From the NCBI GenBank assembly GCA_963804995.1, contig CAWDSK010000003.1:640001-704000 (forward strand): a stretch of DNA of 64,000 bases. The letters are read 5' to 3'. The notes beneath the pieces were generated by a model that made no database searches, was not told the origin of the DNA, and saw only the letters and a list, made by a program, of their open reading frames with translations. This stretch comes from an uncultured Acidobacteriota bacterium (lineage in GTDB: Bacteria; Acidobacteriota; Terriglobia; UBA7540). Below are positions 21,235 to 30,875 of this stretch, piece by piece (the stretch's first letter is position 1; every line of letters starts with the position of its first letter). The position numbers were made by a program, and so were the translations under genes.

Positions 21235-22209
21235 CTACCAGGGCATGGGGCGCTTGGTGAAGCGGCGTCCCTTTTCAATGGTCGCCTCGTCGCACATTAA
21301 GACCGTCATGCCCTGTCGAATCTGTTCCTCAATGTCGTTCGAGTCGACGGCATTGAGGAAGTAGAGATGATTGGCCTTCGCGGCCGCATATACTCGCGCC
21401 TGAGCGCGCCGCAATTCAAGAGTACTGTATTGTTCCGCCAACGGGGTTCCCAGGGACATCCCCATGTCTCCAGGCCCCCACTCGGCGAAAGTAACTCCGG
21501 GTACGGCGCAGGTTTTCTCACAATTGGCCAGGGCATACTTGTCCTCGCACTTGATGGCTATCATGAGTTCGCCATCCGGATTGAGCGGCCACAGGTCTGC
21601 CTTTCTTATGTACTCGGTAATCGGCATGTTCCACATCTCTGCAGCGTGAGGCTCGCCTCCGGCTCCCCGGCGTCCCTCCGGGCACTCCGGGCCAATACCA
21701 ATCCGATTGAAAGGATACCGGCAGGAGCGGACCACTGTACGAACTGCCCCGGGATCGCCGGCGTGGCAAAGGTAGACGCCGTGCGCTCCGGTATCGAGCA
21801 CCTGATGGCACATCCAATAATTCGCCTGCATCGTGGCCTCATCCCAGCCGCCCACCGGCAACTGCGGGACTACCGTCGGCGTCAGGTGGCCACTCTTGGT
21901 TGGCCCGCCGTCTTTCAACCCCTTCATGAATTCCTGGAGGCCCACAAGATTAAGGGGCGCGTGCTCCATGTCGTAGACGATCATATCGTACGGCGTCTGC
22001 GCCATCTTCTTCCCCTCTTCGTAGCCGCCCAATCCAATAGTGCAATAGACCGGCTGGCCCTGCTCGAGGAGTTCGATACACTTATTGATGCGTTTGGGTT
22101 TTGTCGCGGGCGCCGCCGGGGTGCGAGCGGGACTCGCCGCCGCTTTGCCACGCGCCATCAGCGCCAAACTTCCCATCAACGGAGTCATCAATGCAGTTCT
22201 TCTATCCAC
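21235..22209 (-). CDS. HpcH/HpaI aldolase/citrate lyase family protein with Tat-like signal
   Basis: MDRRTAL N-terminus; DMEHAP, QVLDTGAHG, EWGPGDMGMSLG. Confidence 0.8.
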   Translation of the reverse strand: MDRRTALMTPLMGSLALMARGKAAASPARTPAAPATKPKRINKCIELLEQGQPVYCTIGLGGYEEGKKMAQTPYDMIVYDMEHAPLNLVGLQEFMKGLKDGGPTKSGHLTPTVVPQLPVGGWDEATMQANYWMCHQVLDTGAHGVYLCHAGDPGAVRTVVRSCRYPFNRIGIGPECPEGRRGAGGEPHAAEMWNMPITEYIRKADLWPLNPDGELMIAIKCEDKYALANCEKTCAVPGVTFAEWGPGDMGMSLGTPLAEQYSTLELRRAQARVYAAAKANHLYFLNAVDSNDIEEQIRQGMTVLMCDEATIEKGRRFTKRPMPW

Positions 22210-22649
22210 GGTCCTGTCCCTCCTCTTGGATTTTTTGGTTCAAAGACCCGTCGCAGCATATTTGAATTGCCCGAATGAATCAATAATTTCCGCTCTGTGT
22301 GAAACCGTACCTCGTTCCGAATTCGCATCGATCCGGCGATCTAATCCCGAAGTTGTTTGCCAGTTTGGAACCGGCTTTCATAATGCTGCGGTCCCAGGTT
22401 GAATCTTCTTAGAAGGTATACCTCCGGGGAAATAATTTCAGTACAAAAATGTGGGAAAGTTGGTGGGACAAGGGCCGCTTAGACCCGCGTAGGGCAACAA
22501 GTGGGACATGTCCCACCTTTTTACAAATAGTGGCGGGCCTGGAAAAGTGGCGTCGGAGAGCACACGATGGTGAGCGTGAGAAAAGCCCACGGTCAGCAAA
22601 CCACTGACCGTAGCTACCCACCCTTCCCTTCCACGGTTAGAAATCAGGG

Positions 22650-24301
22650 TTAATCCGTGGGTAAGGCGAAGCTGAACACGTCGCTCCCGGAAGCGATCGC
22701 AACGTACTGCACACCGCTTACGCTGTAGCTCATGGGCGAGGCATGGAACATCTGACCGGTATTAAAATGCCACAGCGCTTTCCCCGTGCGTGCGTCCGCG
22801 GCTTCGAATTCAAACGTGTCATCTCCGAAGAAGACCAGGCCCGAGGCGGTGGTCATGGTTCCGCCCCAGGAATCTCCATGCCCCGCCTGGGGGTAGCGCC
22901 ACGCGGGTTGGCCCGTCGCCACATCAAAGGCGAGCAGGATTTTTTGGCCTGACTCGCGGGGAGGGCGCCTGGTTCCCGTGTTGTAATAGGTCTCACCGGG
23001 CTTAAAGGTTTGCTTGGTTCCGCCAACCCTGTAGATGTCGCAGCCCTCAGCGCCATGAAATAAACCAACTGCGTCGAAGGGTTGTAAGAGGGAGACATCC
23101 AGTTCGTGGCGCCGACGAGCGCAGGGCAGACCTTCGTGCCCTCGGGCGTGGGTTGCACCCCGGTGCGGATCGGCCGGCCGTGCTCATCGATCCCTTTCGC
23201 CCAGTTCAGATTCTCAACGAAGCGTGTGGCGCTAAGAAATTTCCCCGTGGTGCGATCGAGAATGTAGAAGAAGCCGTTGCGGTTTGCCTCCACCAACAAC
23301 TTCTGCACCTGCCCATTCGCGGCCAGGTCGACCAGCACCGGAGTCTCCTCCGCATCGTAGTCGAAGAGGTCATGCGGGGTAAATTGGAAGTGCCATTTCA
23401 GCTTGCCCGTGTCGGCGTCGACGGCCAAGACGCAATCGGTATAGAGGTCGTCACCCGGACGCGTCGTACCGTCAAAATCGGGTGCGGGATTGCCGGTCCC
23501 CCAGAACAGCGTGTTCGACTCAGGGTCATAAGTGCCGGGCATCCACGTGGTTCCGCCACCATGCAGGTATTCATCGCCCAACCAGCTTTCGCCCCCCGGC
23601 TCGCCGGGAGCGGGAATCGTCCACAAACGCCACAGCAGTTTGCCGGTCAGCGCATCGTACGCGGCCACAAACCCGCGGACTCCATCGTCGCCGCCTGAGG
23701 TGCCGACAATGAGCTTGTCCTTTACGATCAGCGGCGCGCTGGTGGCCCCGTAGTTTTTGTGGGTGTCCGCGAAGGGAACGTCCCAAATCAAATGGCCGGA
23801 CCTTGCGTCCAGGCAGAGCAGATGAGCATTATCTGTTTCCATATAAACGTGGGAATGCCACACGGCGACCCCGCGATTCAAATGGCCCGCCGCATCGTCC
23901 ACCAGGCCCTTGCTTATGGAACGGGAGTAATGCCAGACCACCCGGCCGGTCCGGGCATCGAGCGCGAAGGCGTCGTTGGAGGAGGTGACGTACATCACCC
24001 CACCAATCTCGACCGGGGTGACCTCGAGATCAGAAGAATTCGGGGAGTGGAATACCCATTGCGCGCGCAGGCGGTGAACGTTTTCGGGTGTGATCTGGTC
24101 AAGCTGGCTGTAACGCCGGCCCGTGTAGTCGCCGTTGTAGGAGGGCCAATCCTGGGCAGGCGGCGCCACCAGAAGCTGCGGCGGCGGAACATCCAGGTTG
24201 ACGGAGACCGGCGCCTCCCGCTCCTGGGCGGCCGCGACCGCCGAACCAAGACAAGCTGCGATGATGAAACCTCGTATGCTCACGCCTGGCATCTTGATCA
24301 T
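22650..24301 (-). CDS. PQQ-dehydrogenase-like beta-propeller quinoprotein (acidobacterial 'empty quinoprotein' type); 1-nt deletion at about 23048
   Basis: WPSYNGDYTGRRYSQL.QI, W-motifs, WGTGNP, PHDLFDYDA, QYVAIASG; restoring CTG-GAG rejoins the two ORFs (MALEGCDIY...). Confidence 0.85.
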
Positions 24302-24480
24302 CCTCTTAACCTCAAGCCTCTTGGGTTGATGGTGGGTCATTCCTCGTAGCGGCGAGTTTACCTCGCCATATGGCGGCATCCCGATCAAATCGGGATAAAT
24401 GCCGCCGCCGCTACATCAAACCCATCCGACCCTCACCCCGCGGTATTCACAATTGACCTGCTTGCTCATCTCGGGCCGCA

Positions 24481-25371
24481 TTATTTTGAATCAGTTCTTG
24501 GTGGACTCTTCTGGGCGGCCTCGTGCGTCGACCGGCCCGCGCCGGGCGCGCCATGCGCCGGAGCAGGCAATGCGCTGAACAAAAAGCTGATCAAATCGTC
24601 CAACTCCGCTGCAGTCAACTTTGTTCCGTAATCCTCCGGCATCAGGGAGTTTGGTGCCCGCTCAATTTTCGCGATTTGCGATTTCATGAACAAATGAAAA
24701 ATGCCGTCCGCGTCCTGCACCTGAAGCGAGAAGTTGTCCTCGTTGCGCTCGAGGCCCGTAGCCCGCTCCCCGGACAGCGTTGTCACCGTCACAAACTTTG
24801 GCGCCGGCGTGGTCCCTTGATCGGGATGGATAATCGCCCGGCGAATTTCCTCCACGGAATGGGACACGGCAAAGCCCGTGAGATCCGATCCCAGGAAGCC
24901 GCCCTTCCCGCGCAGCATGTGGCAATCGCCGCAGCGGGCTTTGCCGAAGAACAATTGCTCGCCCTGAACGGAGTTGCCTTTCACCGGCCGAGCCGTGCCC
25001 TGCCCTGTCAAGACGCGCAGGTAAGCGACAATGCCCTGTATCTCCGGCTCGGAGAGAGAGCTAAAGGAGGGCATCCCCGCAGCGGGAATACCGCCTCGAA
25101 TGATCTGGACGAGCGCGGGAGTTTCGAGCTCTCCCGCCACGTCGGGAGTGGCGATGGCGTGGGCATGCTCACCGCCGCGTCCATCGAGCCCATGGCAGGA
25201 GGCGCAATGGGACTCAAAGTTTCTCCGGCCCTCCGCCGCCGGTGAAGACGCTTTTGCGGGTGCTGGGATTTGTGGCGCCGGATAAGCCGCCAGCGCCGCA
25301 ATGAAGATCGCGCATACGAACACCGGAAGCACGCTTCTGCCCCACAGTCTCGCTCCGCAGCGAGAAAGCAT
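24481..25371 (-). CDS. Diheme c-type cytochrome upstream of the quinoprotein
   Basis: CASCH and CGDCH, GG.LG.DL, SLMP motif; signal sequence. Confidence 0.88.
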   Translation of the reverse strand: MLSRCGARLWGRSVLPVFVCAIFIAALAAYPAPQIPAPAKASSPAAEGRRNFESHCASCHGLDGRGGEHAHAIATPDVAGELETPALVQIIRGGIPAAGMPSFSSLSEPEIQGIVAYLRVLTGQGTARPVKGNSVQGEQLFFGKARCGDCHMLRGKGGFLGSDLTGFAVSHSVEEIRRAIIHPDQGTTPAPKFVTVTTLSGERATGLERNEDNFSLQVQDADGIFHLFMKSQIAKIERAPNSLMPEDYGTKLTAAELDDLISFLFSALPAPAHGAPGAGRSTHEAAQKSPPRTDSK

Positions 25372-25787
25372 AATTCCCTCTCTCTGTGACATGCCAGCTT
25401 TATCCATGTTCACGCTTCCGCTCAATTCAATTTACAGGCTTTGATTCTTTGGCCCAGACTTCGACGACAATCGCTCAGCCCTATGAGTCTACACCCATTG
25501 CACTGTGCAGACCAGACGGCTGGACACAGCATGTGGGCAGCGCAGCGCGGCAGGATGGCAAAAGCAAGTCAAAAGGCAAGGTGCAAAAGGCAAAAGTTAA
25601 AAATTAAAGGCGGGTAGCCACAGTGTCGCCGCGGCGACCGGTTCTGACCGTGGGCTTTTCTCCTGCCCGTTATCCCAGAGGCGGGCAGGTGGAAAGTGAA
25701 ACTCTCCGATATTGGGAGCGATACGGATGAGTCGCAGGGCTGCGCTCTGCGCCACCCGGCCCTGCGGGATGTGTGGGCTCAAAGACC

Positions 25788-25886
25788 TCAGGCGAGCAGG
25801 GAGGCAGGGTGCAGCGCTGTAACGAGGTCATAGCGCTTGAAGTCGGCATTATTAAAGGAAAGGATGCTCTCCACGAGGACACGCAT
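25788..25886 (-). pseudogene. vapC: Internally deleted PIN (VapC) toxin, 32 aa
   Basis: MRVLV fused to ESILSFNNADFKRYDLVTALHP (PIN C-terminal motif); TGATG coupling to the antitoxin. Confidence 0.7.
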
Positions 25887-26140
25887 CAGTGCTCACGGCC
25901 TTCATACAGGGCTTCGCGGCTGACCGCATCGTCAGACAGGGGAGGAGTAGGACGATGACGGGCGGACCACGCCTCAAATGCCGCCGCTCGTTCCTGTGCC
26001 GACAGGCGGTTCTTGGCGGCAGGTAGCACCGTCCCTTCAACCAACGAAAGAACGTATTCTTCCACGCTCATTCCCTTGGCTTGCGCCTGGGCCAGTAGTC
26101 CAGCTTCGACTTCCGGGTTGAATTTCAGCGTCACCGTCAT
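25886..26140 (-). CDS. Putative antitoxin (ribbon-helix-helix-like)
   Basis: MTVTLKFNPEVEA.L...A...G.SVEEY; C-terminal LSDDAVSREALY. Confidence 0.75.
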   Translation of the reverse strand: MTVTLKFNPEVEAGLLAQAQAKGMSVEEYVLSLVEGTVLPAAKNRLSAQERAAAFEAWSARHRPTPPLSDDAVSREALYEGREH

Positions 26141-26344
26141 GGGTTCTCCCCATCCCTTAAACCATAATATTACCCTATCGTGAGAGTCCGTGCATGTCTA
26201 GGGGAAACCACAGACGATTGGGGAAGGCTGGCGAAGGGTGAAACTCTGCGATTTTGTGAGCGATATGGACGAGTCGCAGAGCTGCGCTTGGCGCCAGCCG
26301 GCCATTCTTTTTTCAAACTGAGACACTCCCCGGAACCACCAAGC

Positions 26345-26480
26345 GTAGCGACCTCCGCCGTTGAGGTCCGCGGCTCTTCCTGCGCAAACCGCAAGACTCA
26401 ACGCGTGAGGCCGTCCTCGGGTTTAGCGTCGTGAAATTTAATGAAGAAACGCGGACCTCAAAAGCGGAGGTCCGCGCTAC
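26345..26480. repeat. Inverted pair of GTAG-type REP hairpins
   Basis: GTAGCGACCTCCGCCGTTGAGGTCCGCG ... CGCGGACCTCAAAAGCGGAGGTCCGCGCTAC. Confidence 0.65.
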
Positions 26481-26638
26481 GCTTGCTCAAGGGCACCCAC
26501 GATGAGTGCCCCTACGTCACCAGACCAGCTCACACTTGTCACCGCCCTGAAAGCAGTATAAAGTTCAGCGTTCCAGCCGCTTAGGCGAGGAGGATTCTGA
26601 CTCGCAGGTGAAACCTGACAAAGGGAAAGGAAGAACCC

Positions 26639-27979
26639 ATGCACAAGACTCTCCGCGTAGCATTTCTGTTGATGTCCGCCCTGCTGTTCCTGGCCGTGGC
26701 GCCGGGCTGGGCGCAGGATTTGCGTGCGGGCTATGCGAAAGTAGATATTACTCCCACGGGGCCGGTGACCATGGGCGGGTACGATTTGCGCAATGCTCCC
26801 TCGGACGGTGTATATCCGGGTGACCACCTCTATGCGCGGGCTCTGGTTTTCGAAGTCTCGGGGGTGCGCGTGGCCTTTGTCGAGGGTGATGTGATCGGGA
26901 TCGAGGGGCACGACGTCTTCCGCCGCAGCATCTCAGACGCGACGGGCATCCCGGTCGCGAACATCCTCCTGGGCGACGTTCACAACCATGCCGCTCCCGC
27001 GCCGGATGCCGAGCTGAAAACCGAATGGGATCGCGTCTTCTCAAGCGCCATCGTGAAGGCTACGACTCAGGCGGTGGCGGGCTTGCAGCCTGTCCGCATC
27101 GCCGCCGGCACCGGGCACTCGCGGATTGCCATGAACCGGCGCAAGGTGTTCACTGCCGACGTCGACTCGCCGCTGACCTTTGACGAGAACAACTCCAGCC
27201 AATCCTTTGGCAAGTACAAGACCGATACGCCGGTTCTGCTCCGTGAGTTTCGCGGGGTGGTGCGGCTGGGAGCAAATCCCCTGGGGCCTATCGACAACGC
27301 TGTCCAGATCGTGCGCGTGGATACCGCGGCGGGCAAACCATTGGCGTTGATGATCCACTATCCCTGCCATGGAACGTCGCTGGGAGGGCGCAATAGTAAA
27401 GTCTCCGGCGAGTGGATGGGTCGCATGCAACAGGTCCTCGAAAAGGAATTCCCCGGCCTCGGCACGATGTATTTGCAGGGAGCGGCGGGCGATATTAACC
27501 CGCGCGTCGTCGGCGGCCTGGATGGATACCAGGACGATATCAACACCACTTGGGCGCTGGGCGAGGAGATCGCGCATGAGGTCGCCCGCGTGTATCGCCA
27601 ACTGACTCCCGTGGCCTGCGTCAACCCGCGCTGCCAAATCGAATCGACCGTCATCCGTTGCCCGCGGAATTACAGTGAGCTGTACGCGGATTTCACCAAA
27701 ACCACCGTGGACCTGCCCACCACCGCCGTGCGGATTGGTGACCTGATGTGGACGACCTTCCCGGGAGAGATGTTCAGCAACATTGGGAAACAAGTCAAAG
27801 CCGCCGCCCCCGCGACCTACTCACACCTGATGGGGTACACGAATGGTGACGCCGGTTACTTCCCCGACCAGAAGGCGTACTCGGAGGGTGGGTACGAAGT
27901 TTCCCGAACCCACTTTGATCCCCAGTCTGAGCCCATCTATCTGCGGGCCGTAGCCGCGCTGATGCAGCGCTTTCGATAA
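26639..27979 (+). CDS. Neutral/alkaline ceramidase-like secreted hydrolase
   Basis: AG.AKVDITP, LYARALV, HNHAAP, HYPCHGT, QGAAGDINP, PGE.F, GY.NG..GY.P, GGYE. Confidence 0.8.
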   Translation: MHKTLRVAFLLMSALLFLAVAPGWAQDLRAGYAKVDITPTGPVTMGGYDLRNAPSDGVYPGDHLYARALVFEVSGVRVAFVEGDVIGIEGHDVFRRSISDATGIPVANILLGDVHNHAAPAPDAELKTEWDRVFSSAIVKATTQAVAGLQPVRIAAGTGHSRIAMNRRKVFTADVDSPLTFDENNSSQSFGKYKTDTPVLLREFRGVVRLGANPLGPIDNAVQIVRVDTAAGKPLALMIHYPCHGTSLGGRNSKVSGEWMGRMQQVLEKEFPGLGTMYLQGAAGDINPRVVGGLDGYQDDINTTWALGEEIAHEVARVYRQLTPVACVNPRCQIESTVIRCPRNYSELYADFTKTTVDLPTTAVRIGDLMWTTFPGEMFSNIGKQVKAAAPATYSHLMGYTNGDAGYFPDQKAYSEGGYEVSRTHFDPQSEPIYLRAVAALMQRFR

Positions 27980-28028
27980 TCGTGAGGGTTTGATGAAAAC
28001 CCACTGGATGCAGTAAGCTAAACGCAGC

Positions 28029-28105
28029 GGGGGTGTAGCTCAGCCGGATAGAGCATCGGATTTCTAATCCGAGGGTCGGGGGTTCGAGTCCCTCCACCCC
28101 TGCCA
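28029..28105 (+). tRNA. tRNA-Arg(TCT)
   Basis: Cloverleaf: GGGGGTG/CACCCCT acceptor, TCGGA-TTTCTAA-TCCGA anticodon arm, GGTTCGAGTCC T-arm, encoded CCA. Confidence 0.97.
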
Positions 28106-28169
28106 TGTTTTCATTGAGAAATAAGGCCTTCCACCTTTAAGTCTTCTTCTTTGGGTTGGCTTTGGGGCT

Positions 28170-28442
28170 TCACTGAGGCTGAACTATTCCGGTCATCACC
28201 ACGGTGCGGCCACTGGCGTTCTTGGTGTCGTAGAGACGAATTGTGCGGGCGACAAAATCGAGATGGCCGACCCGCATCTTCAGCAGTTCACCCTTCCGCC
28301 ATCCATAGCTGTGCATGACTTCAAACATCGACCTTAGCCATAGCCCTTCAGCGGCGCAGGATTCAGCGAGCTTGGATTACTGGTCATCCCGGAGGAAACC
28401 CTGTCTGACATTATTCTATTTGAGCATCGGGAAATATGGAAG
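28170..28442 (-). pseudogene. Tyrosine recombinase (phage-type integrase) fragment with two in-frame stops
   Basis: LPYFPMLK*NNVRQGFL...Q*...LWLRSMFEV..SYGWRKGELLKMRV..LDF....IRL..TKNASGRTV (box I Arg and catalytic Lys). Confidence 0.8.
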
Positions 28443-28632
28443 CCATCTGCTCCGCCTGCGCGTAGAACCCATGACGCAAGTGGGCAGCGCGGATGCGCAC
28501 TTCGGGCTGCCGGTAGCCCAAATCGTAAAGGCAGGGCGTCTAATTGCCCGAAATCGCTGCTGCGCGGTGAATGGGAACCTCCCTCACCGGCAGAGGGGTC
28601 CACATGAAAAAGCTGGCCTGGGTCCCAGGCGC

Positions 28633-28698
28633 CTGAGCTAATGTGACCAAGTTTGTGAGCCGTACTGAACTGACACTGAGTCAAGCTCAAGGTATATG
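28633..28698 (+). promoter_or_regulatory. Doublet CRP-geometry motif plus -10 (TATATG)
   Basis: CTGAGCTAATGTGACCAAGT 28633; GTGAGCCGTACTGAACTGAC 28655; -10 at 28693. Confidence 0.7.
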
Positions 28699-28838
28699 AA
28701 TAGTGCCACTCGGATCTGGCGCGATGCTTTGCCCAATGGGCGCGCGGCCGAATCTGGCAAGAGAGTCCAATTATCGATGGGGCCGCGAAGGTTCCGTGAG
28801 GTAGATCGAAAAACGATACAGCAGACAGGAGGCAGGCC

Positions 28839-29423
28839 ATGAACATTTTAGCATTAAGTACAATACAGATAACCTTAATCATTGCAATCGCGGTGGTTAT
28901 GGTTGCAAGCATCGCCGCGTTCTTTGCTCTCCGCAAGCGCCGGACAAAAAGGTTACGCGCTCAGTTTGGTGGCGCGGAGTATGACCGCGCTTTGGCGGAA
29001 GGCGGAAGCCGGCGGCACGGAGAAGCCGGGCTCGAAGGGCGCAATGACCGTGTTGTGGCTTTCCATATCCGCCCCCTCGCCACAGCCGAACGGACGCGGT
29101 TCGCAGAATCGTGGAGAAATATCCAGGGACGGTTCGTTGACGGCCCCGGGGCGGCGGTAACGGATGCGGACCAACTTCTGCGTGACGTGATGTCGGCCCG
29201 GGGCTATCCGGTAAGTGACTTTGAACAGCGAGCCGCGGATGTTTCGGTGGACCATCCCCAGGTGATCGACAATTACCGTAAAGCCCACGATATCGCGGGT
29301 CGCGAATCGCGCGGGCAAGCCTCCACCGAGGACCTGCGCCAGGCGATGATTCATTACCGGACCCTTTATGAGGATCTGGCGGGTGAGCCGGAGATGGCCC
29401 ATGCCAAGACTGCAGCAGCATGA
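28839..29423 (+). CDS. Conserved hypothetical protein with N-terminal membrane anchor
   Basis: AGGAGG RBS; TM helix then LR..FG..EYDR, W..IQ.RFVD.P..AV..AD, STEDLRQAM.HYR. Confidence 0.8.
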   Translation: MNILALSTIQITLIIAIAVVMVASIAAFFALRKRRTKRLRAQFGGAEYDRALAEGGSRRHGEAGLEGRNDRVVAFHIRPLATAERTRFAESWRNIQGRFVDGPGAAVTDADQLLRDVMSARGYPVSDFEQRAADVSVDHPQVIDNYRKAHDIAGRESRGQASTEDLRQAMIHYRTLYEDLAGEPEMAHAKTAAA

Positions 29424-29547
29424 GACTCGGGGATAAACCGAAGCAACCCGGGCTTTGTGGCTAGAGGTCCTTTAGAGGTCTTATTGCGCCGCCGGGCCTT
29501 GGAGACTCAAGGGGGGATGGATCATCAACACCCCCCTCGGGCTCGGC

Positions 29548-29724
29548 CTATTCCCACTTTTCCAAAACCTCGACCTGCTTTCTGATGGACGCCACCCTGT
29601 CGTCTATTTCCTCGGCCTCCGCTTCGAGATTGGGAGTGGTTGTTCTGAGCTTCCGGGCGTGGTGTTCCAGTTGATGGGCATCATGATTGAGCGCCTCAAT
29701 AATCGGCTTTAATTCCACTTTCAT
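29548..29724 (-). CDS. Small coiled-coil hypothetical protein (58 aa)
   Basis: GAGGAG RBS; helical-hairpin pattern; motif site upstream. Confidence 0.6.
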   Translation of the reverse strand: MKVELKPIIEALNHDAHQLEHHARKLRTTTPNLEAEAEEIDDRVASIRKQVEVLEKWE

Positions 29725-29830
29725 GATTGCTTTACTCCTCAAGGAACGTTCCTCCCGGAGCAGGAGCGCGGGGGACAGGCCTCCCTCTCCGGGGGCCACA
29801 CATCAGAGGGTGGCAAATAACGCCTGGCGC

Positions 29831-29850
29831 GTCTGTTCTGAATTGCTCAC
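29831..29850 (-). promoter_or_regulatory. CRP-geometry motif site
   Basis: Reverse complement GTGAGCAATTCAGAACAGAC. Confidence 0.65.
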
Positions 29851-29906
29851 GGTCTCTGGTTCACCGAGGCTTCTTCCATCAAGCTTTTGGATGCGGAGGA
29901 GCGGCC

Positions 29907-29950
29907 GTGAGCAATTTTAGACAGACCCCTTGGCAGGAGGCCGGCATACT
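29907..29950 (+). promoter_or_regulatory. CRP-geometry motif plus -10 (CATACT)
   Basis: GTGAGCAATTTTAGACAGAC, 18 nt, CATACT 29945. Confidence 0.65.
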
Positions 29951-30097
29951 CGGGACGCGATTGCCATAGTATGCCACCCAGTTAAGAAAGGGATCGGCGC
30001 GCTCGCGACGGGCAGCCGGGTGGCGTTCCCTGTCCTCGACGCGGACGAAGAACGCTTGGATGCCAAGACGGTTTGCCGCGTTCTCAGCCCTGACTGA
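29948..30097 (+). pseudogene. ackA: Degraded acetate kinase C-terminal remnant
   Basis: DAIAIVCHPVKKGIGALA + SRV...DEE...AKTVCRVL resemble two AckA segments joined by deletion; immediately precedes the xfp start. Confidence 0.55.
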
Positions 30098-30115
30098 AAT
30101 AAGGAGGATCGAACA

Positions 30116-30197
30116 ATGGCCACAAACACTCTGTCCCCGGAACTGCTCAGCAAGATGGATGCGTATTGGCGCGCCGCCAACTATCTGACGGTCGGCA
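30116..30197 (+). pseudogene. xfp: Phosphoketolase N-terminal fragment (27 aa)
   Basis: AAGGAGG RBS, MATNTLSPELLSKMDAYWRAANYLTVG, then similarity stops. Confidence 0.85.
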
Positions 30198-30220
30198 GTG
30201 TAGAGATGAGGATGGCACTC

Positions 30221-30475
30221 CTAGTGCCTATCGCGGTCACCACCGCAACTCCTCTTTGCCTCCTCAAGCTCGTGGCGACGCCTCTCCGCCTGGCTGCTCC
30301 GCTCACCGTGGCGGTCGACTGCTTTTCGGAGATTTTCCTCGGCCCTGTGGATGCGTTGCTCGCATTGGCGGTCGTTATCGCCCGCCTGAGTACGCACCAC
30401 ACCGCTCGCCAGCAACAATACTCCTAAGACGGGAATGAATAGAATTTTCTTCCACTGATTTACCTTATGCCCCAT
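30221..30475 (-). CDS. Small secreted helical protein with a Cys pair
   Basis: GAGGAAG RBS, signal peptide, C..RI..AE..L..A..RHG..S.QA......L......C. Confidence 0.75.
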   Translation of the reverse strand: MGHKVNQWKKILFIPVLGVLLLASGVVRTQAGDNDRQCEQRIHRAEENLRKAVDRHGERSSQAERRRHELEEAKRSCGGDRDRH

Positions 30476-30609
30476 GACTTCCTCCTGATCACTGAAGTTC
30501 TCCAAACTTGCTCAACCTTAGTTGGGATTCCGATTCTGGGGTTCCGGAGTTGCTGACAGCCCGCCCTGAAATCCCAGGCAACTAAATGTCTCCGAACTCT
30601 CGGCGACTT

Positions 30610-30722
30610 GTCTGTTCACAATTGCTCACTACGGCAGGTTGCCTTCATTAAGTGGAATGAGCAATTAAGACCATATCGGTGAGCCATGCTGAACAGACAC
30701 GCAGATGACTGCGGGGTATAAA
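30610..30722. promoter_or_regulatory. Divergent promoter region with three motif sites
   Basis: Minus site 30610-30629 (rc GTGAGCAATTGTGAACAGAC); plus doublet 30657 and 30679; -10 TATAAA 30717. Confidence 0.75.
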
Positions 30723-30875
30723 GAATGTGCCCCGAGTTGCCAGCTAGGATCTGGTGGGAGGCGGACGGCAACAGAAGAAAACACTTAGGACTGTCATCCT
30801 GTTTGCCGCGCCCATCGCAGCCTCTCATTTTAGTCTACAGCCAGTGGAGCGACCGGATTGCTAAGGAGGTGTGCC

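Larger units (their letters stand above)
25696..26303. repeat. 66-bp direct repeats (25696-25761, 26238-26303) flanking a toxin-antitoxin relic
   Basis: Ungapped alignment by eye, 57/66 identical. Confidence 0.8.

Noticed and set aside
25558..25606. A-rich CAAAAGG/CAAAAGT short repeats
   Set aside because: Only three or four degenerate units; no function can be supported
27795..28106. 103-aa ORF (MAGVEGLEPPTLGLE...)
   Set aside because: Typical translation of a tRNA antisense strand
30116..30427. 103-aa xfp-like ORF as an intact gene
   Set aside because: Only the first 27 aa are phosphoketolase; the rest is antisense to the 30221-30475 gene
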